Assembly (NCBI GenBank): GCA_045541555.1
Contig: JAZQJH010000005.1
Span: forward strand, 752 to 64,751
Source of the DNA: Eubacteriales bacterium
GTDB taxonomy: Bacteria > Bacillota > Clostridia > Oscillospirales > QAKW01
Direction: 5' to 3'
DNA: 64,000 nt
Shown here: positions 43,889-53,102 of the stretch, one piece after another
Layout of the letters: the number at the start of each line of letters is the position of its first letter
How positions within the stretch are numbered: the first letter of the stretch is position 1
Translations under genes and position numbers: made by a program
The notes under the pieces: model-generated
The model's input: only the letters and a program-made list of their open reading frames with translations
What the model was told of the DNA's origin: nothing
The model's database searches: none

Positions 43889-46339
43889 TTATTTCAGTCC
43901 CAATTGCTCGATGGAATTTTCTCTCATCTTGTATTTCAGGATCTTACCGGCGGCGTTCATGGGGAAGGAATCGGTGAGGATGAAATAGCGGGGTACCTTA
44001 TGCATCGCCATATGGGCGGCGCCATAAGCGCGCATCTCTTCCTCATCGGAGGTCTGACCCTCATGCAGGATGATCCAGGCGCAGCATTCCTCGCCGTAGC
44101 GCTGGTCGGGAACGCCCACCACCTGCACGTCGCGCACCTTGGGATGGGTGAGATAGAATTCCTCGATCTCCCGGGGGTAGAGGTTTTCACCGCCGCGGAT
44201 GATCATATCCTTCAGCCGTCCGGTAATCTTGTAGTAACCGTCGGGGGTGCGGCAGGCAATATCGCCGCTATGCAGCCAGCCATCGGCGTCGATGGCCTCG
44301 GCAGTCGCCTTGGGCATTTTATAATAGCCCTTCATGATGTTGAAGCCGCGTGCCACGAACTCGCCGTTCTCGCCGTCCGGCAATTCTTCGCCGGTCTCCG
44401 GGTCGATGATCTTACACTCCACGCCGGGGAAGGCGGAACCGACGGTTTCCACCCGGTGATCCAGATCCTCATTGACCTCGCCCATGGTACAGCCGGGGGA
44501 TGCCTCGGTCTGACCATAAACGCTGATGATCTCGCGCATATTCATCTCCACCGAGGCGCGGCGCATCAGATCTGCCGGGCAGTTGGCACCGGCCATGATG
44601 CCGGTACGCATATGGGAGAAATCGGTCTTGCCGAAATCCTCATGGTTAAACATGGCGATGAACATGGTCGGCACGCCGTTAAAGCAGGTGATCTTTTCAT
44701 CGTTGATGCAGGCCAGCGAGGACTTGGGAGAGAAGTAGGGCATGGGGCAGATGGTGCCGCCATGGGTCATCAGGTTGGTCATGGAAAGGACCATGCCGAA
44801 GCAATGGAACATCGGCACCTGGATCATCATACGATCCGCGGTGGAGATATCCATCCGGTCGCCGATGGTCTTGCCGTTATTGATGATATTGCGGTGGGTC
44901 AGCATGACGCCCTTGGGGAAGCCGGTGGTACCGGAGGTGTACTGCATATTGCAGACGTCGTCCGGCTTGACGGCCGCCGCCAGGCGGCGAACCTCCTCCC
45001 GGGGAATGGCATCGCCTTTTTCCACGAACTCATCCCACTCTAAGCAGCCCGCCATCTTAAAGCCGACGGTAATGACGTTGCGCAGGAAGGGCAGATTTTT
45101 GGAATAGAGGGGCTCGCCGGGCCTGGTATTCTTCAGCTCGGGGCAGAGCTCTTCGATAATCCCCTTATAATCGGAATCTCTGCAGTTTTCGATCATGACG
45201 AGGGTATGGGTATCGGACTGGCGGAAGAGGTATTCCGCCTCATGGATCTTATAAGCGGTATTGACTGTTACCAGCACTGCACCGATCTTGACACTGGCCC
45301 AGAAGATGATAAACCATTGGGGGATATTGGTCGCCCAGATGGATACGTGGTGACCGGGCTTGACGCCCATAGCAATGAGGGCGGCTGCCGTGCGGTCCAC
45401 GTCCTCCCGGAACTGGGCATAGGTACGGGTATAATCCAGGGTGGTGTACTTAAAGGCGTACTGGTCGGGGTAGCGCTCCACCATCTCGTCCAATACCTGA
45501 GAGAAGGTCAGGTCGATGACCTCGTACTTCTTCCAGGGGAAGGTGCCGGTCTTATCCCGGTTATAAAAGATCTCCCGGGGCTTTGCGGCGGTGGGGAGTT
45601 TGCCGGAAATATAGCTGATGAAATGGGTCAATACAATATCGGGGTCGGTGATCTCTTCATTCCAGTCCACCGCCAGATAGCCCTCGTAGTTGAGGGAGCG
45701 GAGGGCGTTCATGAAGTCTGCAACCGGCAGAACGCCGTCACCCAAGAGGACGTCCTTGCCCTCTTTGCGGTCACCGATCCGGACGTAGTTGATATAAGCA
45801 CCCAAGTTCTGAATGGTGGTATCGGCATCTTCCTTGGCGGTGAAATAGGTCTCCCGGATATTCCAGCAGACGCCGATGCAGGCAGAGCCGAAGCTGCGGA
45901 TGATCTCGATGATCTTTTGGGTGTCTGCCAGAGCGCCGACGGTCTCGATCAGGATGAGAGCGCCATTTTTCTCTGCTTTTTTAATGGCAGGGGCGAAGAC
46001 CTTTTTCAGCGCATCGGAATCCGGCTCGCCGATCTGCACCACTACGCCCAATGCGGAGGCACGCGCCGCCAGGCTGACGTATTTTTTTAGCAGTTCGGGA
46101 TCGGTGGCGGACGTCACCGGCTCGGGGCAGGTAAGGAAAGAAACGCCGATATGGCGATTGATCAGCTTGCGCTTGGCGGCGGCGTTGACCGCAGAGCGGA
46201 GGATGCTATCCTCATGGGCTTCCTTTTCGGCGATGGGGTCGAAAAGCTCAAAGCCGTCAAAGCCGTATTCAGCCGTCAGATTGCAGAGGTTGATATAACT
46301 CTCTGCCGGTACATTTTTGGTTGAAAAAACTAATTTCAT
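43889..46339 (-). CDS. fusion protein: xylose-isomerase-like TIM barrel + FadD-type AMP-forming acyl-CoA ligase
   Basis: 816 aa. The N-terminal ~260 aa follow the sugar-phosphate isomerase/epimerase-like pattern (..GFDGFELF..). The C-terminus carries MQYTSGTTGFPKGVMLTH, WLHSGD and GRLKDMIIRGGENLYPREIE. Confidence 0.7.
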   Translation of the reverse strand: MKLVFSTKNVPAESYINLCNLTAEYGFDGFELFDPIAEKEAHEDSILRSAVNAAAKRKLINRHIGVSFLTCPEPVTSATDPELLKKYVSLAARASALGVVVQIGEPDSDALKKVFAPAIKKAEKNGALILIETVGALADTQKIIEIIRSFGSACIGVCWNIRETYFTAKEDADTTIQNLGAYINYVRIGDRKEGKDVLLGDGVLPVADFMNALRSLNYEGYLAVDWNEEITDPDIVLTHFISYISGKLPTAAKPREIFYNRDKTGTFPWKKYEVIDLTFSQVLDEMVERYPDQYAFKYTTLDYTRTYAQFREDVDRTAAALIAMGVKPGHHVSIWATNIPQWFIIFWASVKIGAVLVTVNTAYKIHEAEYLFRQSDTHTLVMIENCRDSDYKGIIEELCPELKNTRPGEPLYSKNLPFLRNVITVGFKMAGCLEWDEFVEKGDAIPREEVRRLAAAVKPDDVCNMQYTSGTTGFPKGVMLTHRNIINNGKTIGDRMDISTADRMMIQVPMFHCFGMVLSMTNLMTHGGTICPMPYFSPKSSLACINDEKITCFNGVPTMFIAMFNHEDFGKTDFSHMRTGIMAGANCPADLMRRASVEMNMREIISVYGQTEASPGCTMGEVNEDLDHRVETVGSAFPGVECKIIDPETGEELPDGENGEFVARGFNIMKGYYKMPKATAEAIDADGWLHSGDIACRTPDGYYKITGRLKDMIIRGGENLYPREIEEFYLTHPKVRDVQVVGVPDQRYGEECCAWIILHEGQTSDEEEMRAYGAAHMAMHKVPRYFILTDSFPMNAAGKILKYKMRENSIEQLGLK

Positions 46340-46344
46340 GGTGG

Positions 46345-47712
46345 TTAACCCTCAAATACGATCTTGTTGAGTGCATTGACGTAGGCGCGGATGCAGGCAC
46401 CGATAATATCGGTGGAAACGCCGTTGCCGGAATAAAGCTTGCCGTTTGCACGCAGGCGAATCAGCGCGGAGCCCACCGCCTCGCGGCCTTTGGTGACGGC
46501 TTGAACCTGGAAATCGTCCAGCTCATAATGATGGCCGACGATCTGCTCAATGGCGTGGAAGGCGGCGTCGATGGGGCCGTCGCCGGTGGAAACACCGGTC
46601 AGCTTTTCGCCGTCTTTTTCCAGGGTCAGATTGGCGGTGGCGGTAATGATATTGCCGCTGTTGACGACGTAATTGATGACGTGGAAGGTAGAAGGTACCT
46701 GCATGGCGGCGGAGGCGACGATAGCTTCCATCTCCCGGGCACCGATGGTCTCTTTCTTCTCGATGACGCGCTTGAATTCCTCATAGACCTTGCCCTGATC
46801 CTCATCGGAGAGGTCGTAGCCCAGCTCTTTTACCGCGGCGGCGATCTCAGCCAAGGTGGCGGTATTGCCGAGGGTGGCGGTGCTTTCGGTCTCTGCTACG
46901 GCAGGGGCGGCAGTCCGTTCTTCCTTGCCGCCGGCGATGGAGGCGATGATCTTATGGATCGCCGTATTGTCCAGATTGGTGGCGGCGGAGAGGGTGTCCT
47001 CTTTGGCGCGGAAGATGTCTGCCAGAATATCGGCGCGGAGCGCACCCTTGCAGGCCGCGGTCTTGATGCCGTCGGCACCGGCTTTGACTGCCTCAATGGC
47101 AGAGGAGGCAGCCATGGAAAGGGCATCAGAGGGCTGGACGTAGACCTGAAGACCGCAGGCGGTCTTGATCTCCCGGACGATGGCTGTATAATCCTCGGGG
47201 AAGGAGATGCCGCTATCGTCGCAGACGGTGATGGCGGAAGCGCCGTTTTCCTCAGCGGTCTTGCAGCAGGCGGCGATAAAGCCGTCCTCTGCGCGGGAGG
47301 CATCCCGGGCGACCAGCTCTACCCTGGCGCAAAGAGCGGATGCTTCTTTACAAAGAGCCGCCAATTTTTCCAGCATCTTGGGGGCTTTCAAATGATAGGT
47401 ATATTCCATCTGCACCGTAGAGGTGGGCAGGACGATCTGCAGGATGGGATCCTGCGCGTCCTTGATGCACGCCCAAGCGGCGGCAGGCGCATCGCCCACG
47501 TCGATAGCAACAGACGCATTTTTGACAGCGGAAGCAATGGTTCTGGCGACCACTGCATCCTCTTTTTCGTTCAAAAGCGCGGGAAGCTCAATGGTGTCCA
47601 CCCCGGCTGCGTCCAGCAGCTGGGCAATATTCAGCTTCTCCCGGAAGGAGAGGGCATTTTTTTGCTCGGCATAAGCGCGCAACGTAACGTCGGAAACAAT
47701 GATCTTTTTCAT
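46345..47712 (-). CDS. 2-isopropylmalate-synthase-like protein with degenerate catalytic motifs and an intact LeuA regulatory/dimerisation domain
   Basis: DVTLRAYAEQ replaces DTTLRDGEQ, and VYVQPSDALSMAA replaces H.HND.G.A. The C-terminal GDGPIDAAFHAI..GSALIRL..G.GVSTDII is conserved. The ATG at 47712 follows the leader terminator. Confidence 0.7.
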   Translation of the reverse strand: MKKIIVSDVTLRAYAEQKNALSFREKLNIAQLLDAAGVDTIELPALLNEKEDAVVARTIASAVKNASVAIDVGDAPAAAWACIKDAQDPILQIVLPTSTVQMEYTYHLKAPKMLEKLAALCKEASALCARVELVARDASRAEDGFIAACCKTAEENGASAITVCDDSGISFPEDYTAIVREIKTACGLQVYVQPSDALSMAASSAIEAVKAGADGIKTAACKGALRADILADIFRAKEDTLSAATNLDNTAIHKIIASIAGGKEERTAAPAVAETESTATLGNTATLAEIAAAVKELGYDLSDEDQGKVYEEFKRVIEKKETIGAREMEAIVASAAMQVPSTFHVINYVVNSGNIITATANLTLEKDGEKLTGVSTGDGPIDAAFHAIEQIVGHHYELDDFQVQAVTKGREAVGSALIRLRANGKLYSGNGVSTDIIGACIRAYVNALNKIVFEG

Positions 47713-47730
47713 AACTTCAAATCCTTTCAA

Positions 47731-48012
47731 TAAAAAATCCCGCAAAGAGAAAAAACTCTTTGCGGGATGATCAAACAAATAGAATGACCACGGTACCACC
47801 CGGCCTTGCTTCCTTTTTTAGGGGAAACCACTTTACGGACTCCATCAAGCCCTTGATCTATGACGGGATCTCCCGGGCACTCTTACTAAAGTTCAGAACA
47901 CCAGCTCCGATACGAGACAGGCACCTGCGTCCTCTACCGCCTCGCACCGTCCGGCGGCTCTCTGAAAGAAGCGTTGCAAGCCCTTAATATCATCATCGCA
48001 TTTTTTAAATTT
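47731..48012 (-). promoter_or_regulatory. T-box leader, putative Leu specifier (CUC, plus-strand 47914-47916)
   Basis: Promoter TTGACA (48043-48048, rc) / 17 nt / TAAAAT (48020-48025, rc). Stem I is GCGATGATGATA...TATCGGAGC. AGAGAG and GGTGCGAG are present. The T-box is GGCCGGGTGGTACCGTGG. The terminator CCCGCAAAGAG..CTCTTTGCGGG is followed by a U-run. Confidence 0.8.
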
Positions 48013-48044
48013 GTTAAATATTTTAATGCAACTTTTTGGAAATG

Positions 48045-48833
48045 TCAATACTTTTTTAAAATTTTTTCGGCGTTGCGGTAAGCAATTTTTTCCTTATCCT
48101 CATCCCGGAGGTTCATCTGCAGAAAGTATTCCGCTTCTTCCTTGGGATCCCAAAGGGGGAAGTCGCTTCCGTAGAGCACCCGATCAGCGCCGTAGAGGTC
48201 GATATATTTATAAAAATCCTCTTCGCTCATGAACTGACGGGAGCTGGAAAGATCCACCCAGCAGTTTTCGTTTTTCAGAAGCTCATACGCCATTCCCTGA
48301 ACGCCCCAACCGCCAAAATGGGCACCGATGACCTCCAGCTTCGGAAAGTTTTCCAGCACCTTCAAAAGCCGCCGGGGGTGGGAGTAATCGTAGCGCGGAT
48401 CGCCGGTATGCATGATGATGGGCATTTTGCCCTGGATATAATCATACATGGGGAAAAGCCGCTCGTCGTCGATATTAAAAAGCTGGGTATCGGGATGGAT
48501 CTTGATGCCGAGAAGTCCGCTCTTTTCGATAAACTTCAGTTCTTCCTCCAGATCGTCCATGGCGGCGTGAACGGTGCCAAAGCCATGAAATTCCGGGTGG
48601 AGCGCCACTTCGTCGATAATATTCTGATTGATCTTGCGAACCTGCTTGGGATTGAGTGCTACCGGGAGCACCACGAACTCCGAAATGCCGCCGGCCTTGC
48701 CACGCTCCAGCAAGAATTCTGCCGTGCCGTGGACACCGCCCTGATCCATTTCGTAGAAATCCCGGACTGCCTGGGTTGCCTTATCGGCGATGGCTTCGGG
48801 ATAAATATGGGTATGAAAGTCAATTAATTTCAA
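48045..48833 (-). CDS. amidohydrolase-family (TIM-barrel metal-dependent hydrolase) protein
   Basis: KLIDFHTHIYP is near the N-terminus. I prefer the TTG at 48833 (RBS AAGGTG). The promoter TTGACA / 17 nt / TAAACT would place the transcription start near the ORF-track GTG at 48869. Confidence 0.6.
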   Translation of the reverse strand: MKLIDFHTHIYPEAIADKATQAVRDFYEMDQGGVHGTAEFLLERGKAGGISEFVVLPVALNPKQVRKINQNIIDEVALHPEFHGFGTVHAAMDDLEEELKFIEKSGLLGIKIHPDTQLFNIDDERLFPMYDYIQGKMPIIMHTGDPRYDYSHPRRLLKVLENFPKLEVIGAHFGGWGVQGMAYELLKNENCWVDLSSSRQFMSEEDFYKYIDLYGADRVLYGSDFPLWDPKEEAEYFLQMNLRDEDKEKIAYRNAEKILKKY

Positions 48834-48923
48834 TTTTTTCACCTTCTTTAATGTTAACGAGTTTAGCACGAAAAAAGTGTGATGTCAATAAAAACCGCAG
48901 GGAAAAAATACCCTGCGGAATCA

Positions 48924-49073
48924 TTATTTTTGTTCTTTTTCTTTAATATGTTCTTTCAATACCACGTTGATATACTGCGAAAAGGGACGGTCTGCTTCTT
49001 CAGCAAGCTGCTTGATCTTTTCGATTACCGGTTCATCAAGCGTAATACCAACACTCTTTTTTAATGGTTTCAT
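48924..49073 (-). CDS. small ribbon-helix-helix (CopG-like) protein, 49 aa (not in the ORF track)
   Basis: The minus strand reads GGAGG-N7-ATG, then MKPLKKSVGITLDEPVIEKIKQLAEEADRPFSQYINVVLKEHIKEKEQK. The beta-strand-then-helices pattern fits RHH proteins. Confidence 0.45.
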   Translation of the reverse strand: MKPLKKSVGITLDEPVIEKIKQLAEEADRPFSQYINVVLKEHIKEKEQK

Positions 49074-49178
49074 CATCTGACCTCCCCAAATTGATGATTA
49101 TATTATAGATTAAAATGGGATCAAATATTGACAAATTATACTTTATTATATAAAATTATATGAAATGGAGGTGCGAGA

Positions 49179-49493
49179 ATGGATTGTGGAAAAAAAGAAA
49201 ACTATTACGGAGAATGGGAATTTGAGACAGTAGATGATCTTTTTCGGGATTTGGAAAAGAAAATGGATCGTGTGCCGGAATATCGAAAAGTTTTTATGAA
49301 TCCTCAGCATGAAAAATCAACAGAGTATCATAAAAATGTGGCATTGCTTATTCGTTTTAATTATTTAAGTCCATATTTTTGCAAATTGTTGGAGGAAGTG
49401 GCAGGGCTGACGGAAACGGAAGCAATGGCGGCTTTTATTACGGAAAAGTTCTATTATTATATGAAAAGCAGAATAAAGAAAGAGGACCTTTAA
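49179..49493 (+). CDS. hypothetical protein (104 aa)
   Basis: An ORF with RBS GGAGGTG in an AT-rich islet. A long bidirectional terminator hairpin lies at about 49482-49535. Confidence 0.4.
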   Translation: MDCGKKENYYGEWEFETVDDLFRDLEKKMDRVPEYRKVFMNPQHEKSTEYHKNVALLIRFNYLSPYFCKLLEEVAGLTETEAMAAFITEKFYYYMKSRIKKEDL

Positions 49494-49532
49494 GGGCAGT
49501 CCTTGCGAGGGACTGTCCAAGGTCCTCTTTTT

Positions 49533-51290
49533 TTATTCAAATTGTGCGTTATAGAGTTCTTTATAAAAACCGCCCTTTTGCATTAGTTCTTGATGAGTGC
49601 CGCGCTGGACGATGGCGCCGTCCTTGACTACCAGGATGAGATCAGCGTCCCGGATGGTGGAGAGCCGATGGGCGACCACAAAGCAGGTCTTGCCCTTCAT
49701 CAGCTTCAGCATGGCGCGTTGCACCAGTTTTTCCGTCCGGGTATCCACGTTGGAGGTAGCTTCGTCTAAGATCAGCATCTGGCAGTCCATCAGCATCGCC
49801 CGGGCGATGGTCAGAAGCTGTTTTTGCCCTTTGGAGATATTGGCGGCATCGTCGGTGAGGAGGGTATCGTAGCCCTCCGGCAATCCCATGATAAAGGAAT
49901 GGATACCGGCGGCCTTGGCGGCGGCGATGACCTCCTCTTGGGTGGCATTCGGCCGGCCGTAGGCAATGTTATCGTAGATCGTGCCGTAGAAAAGCCAGGT
50001 CTCCTGCAGTACCATGGAATAGGCCAGCCGCAGGCTGTCACGGGTGATGGACTGGATATCGGTGCCGTCCAGGGAGACGGAGCCTTTTTCGATCTCATAG
50101 AACCGCATCAGCAGATTGATGAGGGTACTCTTTCCGGCGCCGGTGGGACCGACGATGGCGATGGTCTTGCCCGGCTCTGCCACTAAGGAAAAATCATGCA
50201 GGATCTGACGCTCCGGCAGATAGCCGAAATCCACGTTTTTCAAGGTGACCTCGCCCTGAACCTCTGCGACGGGCAGGGCCTTGGGGGCGTCTGCCGGTTC
50301 CGGCAGTTCGTCCATCAGACCGAAAATTCGCTCGGCGGCGGAAAGCGCCGATTGCAGTTCGTTGAAGATATTGGCGATCTCCTGGATGGGGCCGGAAAAC
50401 CGCCGGCTATAGAGGACGAAGCTGGAAATATTACCGATGGAGATGGCGGTTCCGCCGGAGGTGATGTAGAGAAATGCGCCCAGCACGGAGATCAGTGCCA
50501 GGGAAAGGTTATTGACGACGTTCATGGAGGGACCCATGGTGGCGCCGTAGTATTCCGCTTTGTAGTAGGCCTCCACCACCGTCTCGTCCTCGGCATCAAA
50601 GTCCCGGAGGACGTTGGTTTCCTGGTTATAGGACTTCAGCGTCTTTTGCCCGGAGATCTTTTCCTCCACAAAATCGTTGAGTTCGCCCAGCTTACGGCTG
50701 CGACGGCGAAAGAGAGGGCGGGTACGCTTAGTAATAAACCGGGTCATCAGAATGGAGAGTGGGATGGTGATGACGGTGATGATCAGCAGTACGGGGCTGA
50801 TTCGCAACATCATATAAAAGGAACCGACGATGGTGATAAAACCGGTAAAGATATGAACCACATCCGATGCCAGCGATTCGCTGATGTTATCCGCATCGTA
50901 GGAGATGCGGCTGAGGATATCTCCGGGGGGATGGCTGTCGTAAAAGCCCACCGGCAGCTCCGCTAACCGCTCAAAGAGATCCTGCCGGAGACGGAAGGTG
51001 ACGTTTCGGGCGATATGGATCATGACAATCTGCAGGACGTACGACATGGCTGCAGAGATAACGTAAAAGACGGTCATCCAGCCGGCATACCGAAGGACTG
51101 CCGGGAAGTCCACCTTCCCCATGCCGCCTGCAGCGGCGTCGATGGCCTTGCCGGAAAGCTCCGGCGCCAAAAGTGCCAGAATATTGGAGGTGACGGCCAG
51201 AAGGATGGCCAGCATTAAAAACCATTTGAATTTCAAAAGGTACCCGAAGAGCCGCAGCAGTGCGGATCTTTTTCCGTTTCGTTGGCTCAT
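49533..51290 (-). CDS. ABC exporter, fused permease/ATPase (heterodimer partner B)
   Basis: Walker A GPTGAGKST, signature ISKGQKQLL and Walker B LILDEATSNVD. Confidence 0.85.
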   Translation of the reverse strand: MSQRNGKRSALLRLFGYLLKFKWFLMLAILLAVTSNILALLAPELSGKAIDAAAGGMGKVDFPAVLRYAGWMTVFYVISAAMSYVLQIVMIHIARNVTFRLRQDLFERLAELPVGFYDSHPPGDILSRISYDADNISESLASDVVHIFTGFITIVGSFYMMLRISPVLLIITVITIPLSILMTRFITKRTRPLFRRRSRKLGELNDFVEEKISGQKTLKSYNQETNVLRDFDAEDETVVEAYYKAEYYGATMGPSMNVVNNLSLALISVLGAFLYITSGGTAISIGNISSFVLYSRRFSGPIQEIANIFNELQSALSAAERIFGLMDELPEPADAPKALPVAEVQGEVTLKNVDFGYLPERQILHDFSLVAEPGKTIAIVGPTGAGKSTLINLLMRFYEIEKGSVSLDGTDIQSITRDSLRLAYSMVLQETWLFYGTIYDNIAYGRPNATQEEVIAAAKAAGIHSFIMGLPEGYDTLLTDDAANISKGQKQLLTIARAMLMDCQMLILDEATSNVDTRTEKLVQRAMLKLMKGKTCFVVAHRLSTIRDADLILVVKDGAIVQRGTHQELMQKGGFYKELYNAQFE

Positions 51291-52999
51291 GCGATCACCT
51301 CCTCGCCGGTCTGCAAGGTGTAGATCTCTTTATAAAGCGGGCATTCCTTCAAAAGTTCCTCATGGGTACCCAGCCCCATGGGCTTGCCGTCCTCCAATAC
51401 CAGGATCTGATCGCAATGACGCACCGAGCTGACGCGCTGGGCAATGATGATGGAGGTGGTATCGGCGTAGCGCTCCCGGAGGGTCTTGCGCAGTGCCGCG
51501 TCGGTCTTGAAGTCCAGTGCACTGGAGGAGTCGTCCAGGATCAAGTATTCCGGATGACCCGCCAAGGCACGGGCGATGAGCAGACGTTGCTTCTGACCGC
51601 CGGAGAGATTGGATGCCTTGGGCTCGATCAACGCGGTAAGACCGCCCTTTTCCGCCACAAATCCGTCTGCTTGAGCATCCTTTAATGCCTCAAGGAGCTG
51701 GTCGTCGGTCAGCGGTCTGCCGATGCGGATATTTTCGCCGATGGTATCCCGGAAAAGCTGGTCATTTTGAAAGACTACGCCGAAGTTTTTGCGGATCTCG
51801 CAAGGGCTCATACTGCGGAGATCTTTCCCATGCAGCGTGATCTGCCCCTCATCGGGATCGTAAAACCGCATCAGCAGAGCGGCCAGCGTGCTCTTTCCGG
51901 CACCGGTGGGACCTAAGATGCCCAGACTCTCGCCTTTTTTAAGCTGAAAGGAAATCTTGGAGAGATTTTCTCTTTTTTTGTGATAAGAAAAGGTGACGTT
52001 TTCAAAGCAGATGGCGGCGTCCGGATGGCGCTCCTCATGGGCTTCGATCAGCAGGTCGGTGGGCAGATCCAGAATTTCCTGAATGCGCCGCGCCGAGGCA
52101 ATGGAGCGAGAGAACATGGCGATGACCCGGGTGATGGTCATGATGGCATTGAGAATGATTGTGAAATAGGAAAGAAAGGCGGTGATGGTGCCCACGCCGG
52201 TGGCGCCCTGATGGACGCGCCATGCGCCGGCAATGACCACCAAAACCAAGCCTAAATTAAGCAGCAGGTTCATGACGGGGGAGTTGACCGCCATGGTGCG
52301 GTTGGCACGGCTTTCCGCCTTATAAACGCCGCGGTTGACTTGATAAAAACGCTTTTTTTCGTCCTCCGTCTTGGAAAGTGCCTTGATGACCCGTACGCCG
52401 CTGACGTTTTCGCGGACGGTACGCACCAGCTCGTCGTTGCGCTCCTGCAGGGCGGCAAAAAGGGGGACGGTACGTTTGGAAAGCAGGTAGACGCTGATGC
52501 TCATGATGGGGAGCATGGCGGTGAGAATTCCTGCCAGCACCGGATCCAGTGTCCAGGTGATGATAATTCCACCCAGCACCAAGATGGGCGCCCGTACACC
52601 GATGCGCTGCATCATACCGATCATGCGATGGAGATTATAGGTATCGGTGGTCATTCGGGAGATGAGAGAGGGAATGGTGGCGGTGTCTACCTGGCGATTG
52701 GAGAGGGCAAAGATCTTTTGGAAAAGATCGTGGCGGATATCAAAGACTGCATTGCGCGCCACCATGGAGGCAGAGCGGTTGGCGAAGATGTTTCCCAACC
52801 AGGCAAAGGCGGTGCAAAAGAGCATCAGCACGCCCCACCAAATCACGGGGGTCATCGCCTTGGTGGGGATGACGTGATCGATAATATGCGCCAGGATATA
52901 GGGGAGCACCAGATCCATACAGGTGCCGAAGAACTTGATGATAAAGCCGAAGATCATCTGACGAAGATGAGGGCGTATGTATTTGAGGATCAGTTGCAT
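51287..52999 (-). CDS. ABC exporter, fused permease/ATPase (heterodimer partner A)
   Basis: [18 protein letters not shown] and LILDDSSSALD. It overlaps the downstream partner by 4 nt. Confidence 0.85.
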   Translation of the reverse strand: MQLILKYIRPHLRQMIFGFIIKFFGTCMDLVLPYILAHIIDHVIPTKAMTPVIWWGVLMLFCTAFAWLGNIFANRSASMVARNAVFDIRHDLFQKIFALSNRQVDTATIPSLISRMTTDTYNLHRMIGMMQRIGVRAPILVLGGIIITWTLDPVLAGILTAMLPIMSISVYLLSKRTVPLFAALQERNDELVRTVRENVSGVRVIKALSKTEDEKKRFYQVNRGVYKAESRANRTMAVNSPVMNLLLNLGLVLVVIAGAWRVHQGATGVGTITAFLSYFTIILNAIMTITRVIAMFSRSIASARRIQEILDLPTDLLIEAHEERHPDAAICFENVTFSYHKKRENLSKISFQLKKGESLGILGPTGAGKSTLAALLMRFYDPDEGQITLHGKDLRSMSPCEIRKNFGVVFQNDQLFRDTIGENIRIGRPLTDDQLLEALKDAQADGFVAEKGGLTALIEPKASNLSGGQKQRLLIARALAGHPEYLILDDSSSALDFKTDAALRKTLRERYADTTSIIIAQRVSSVRHCDQILVLEDGKPMGLGTHEELLKECPLYKEIYTLQTGEEVIA

Positions 53000-53102
53000 C
53001 CGTAAACCTCGTTCCTTATAGTTTTCTTGCTATTATTATAAAATGCTTTGACCATCCCGTCAATAAAAAAATCCTCCCGGCGAACCGGGAGGATATGAGA
53101 CT

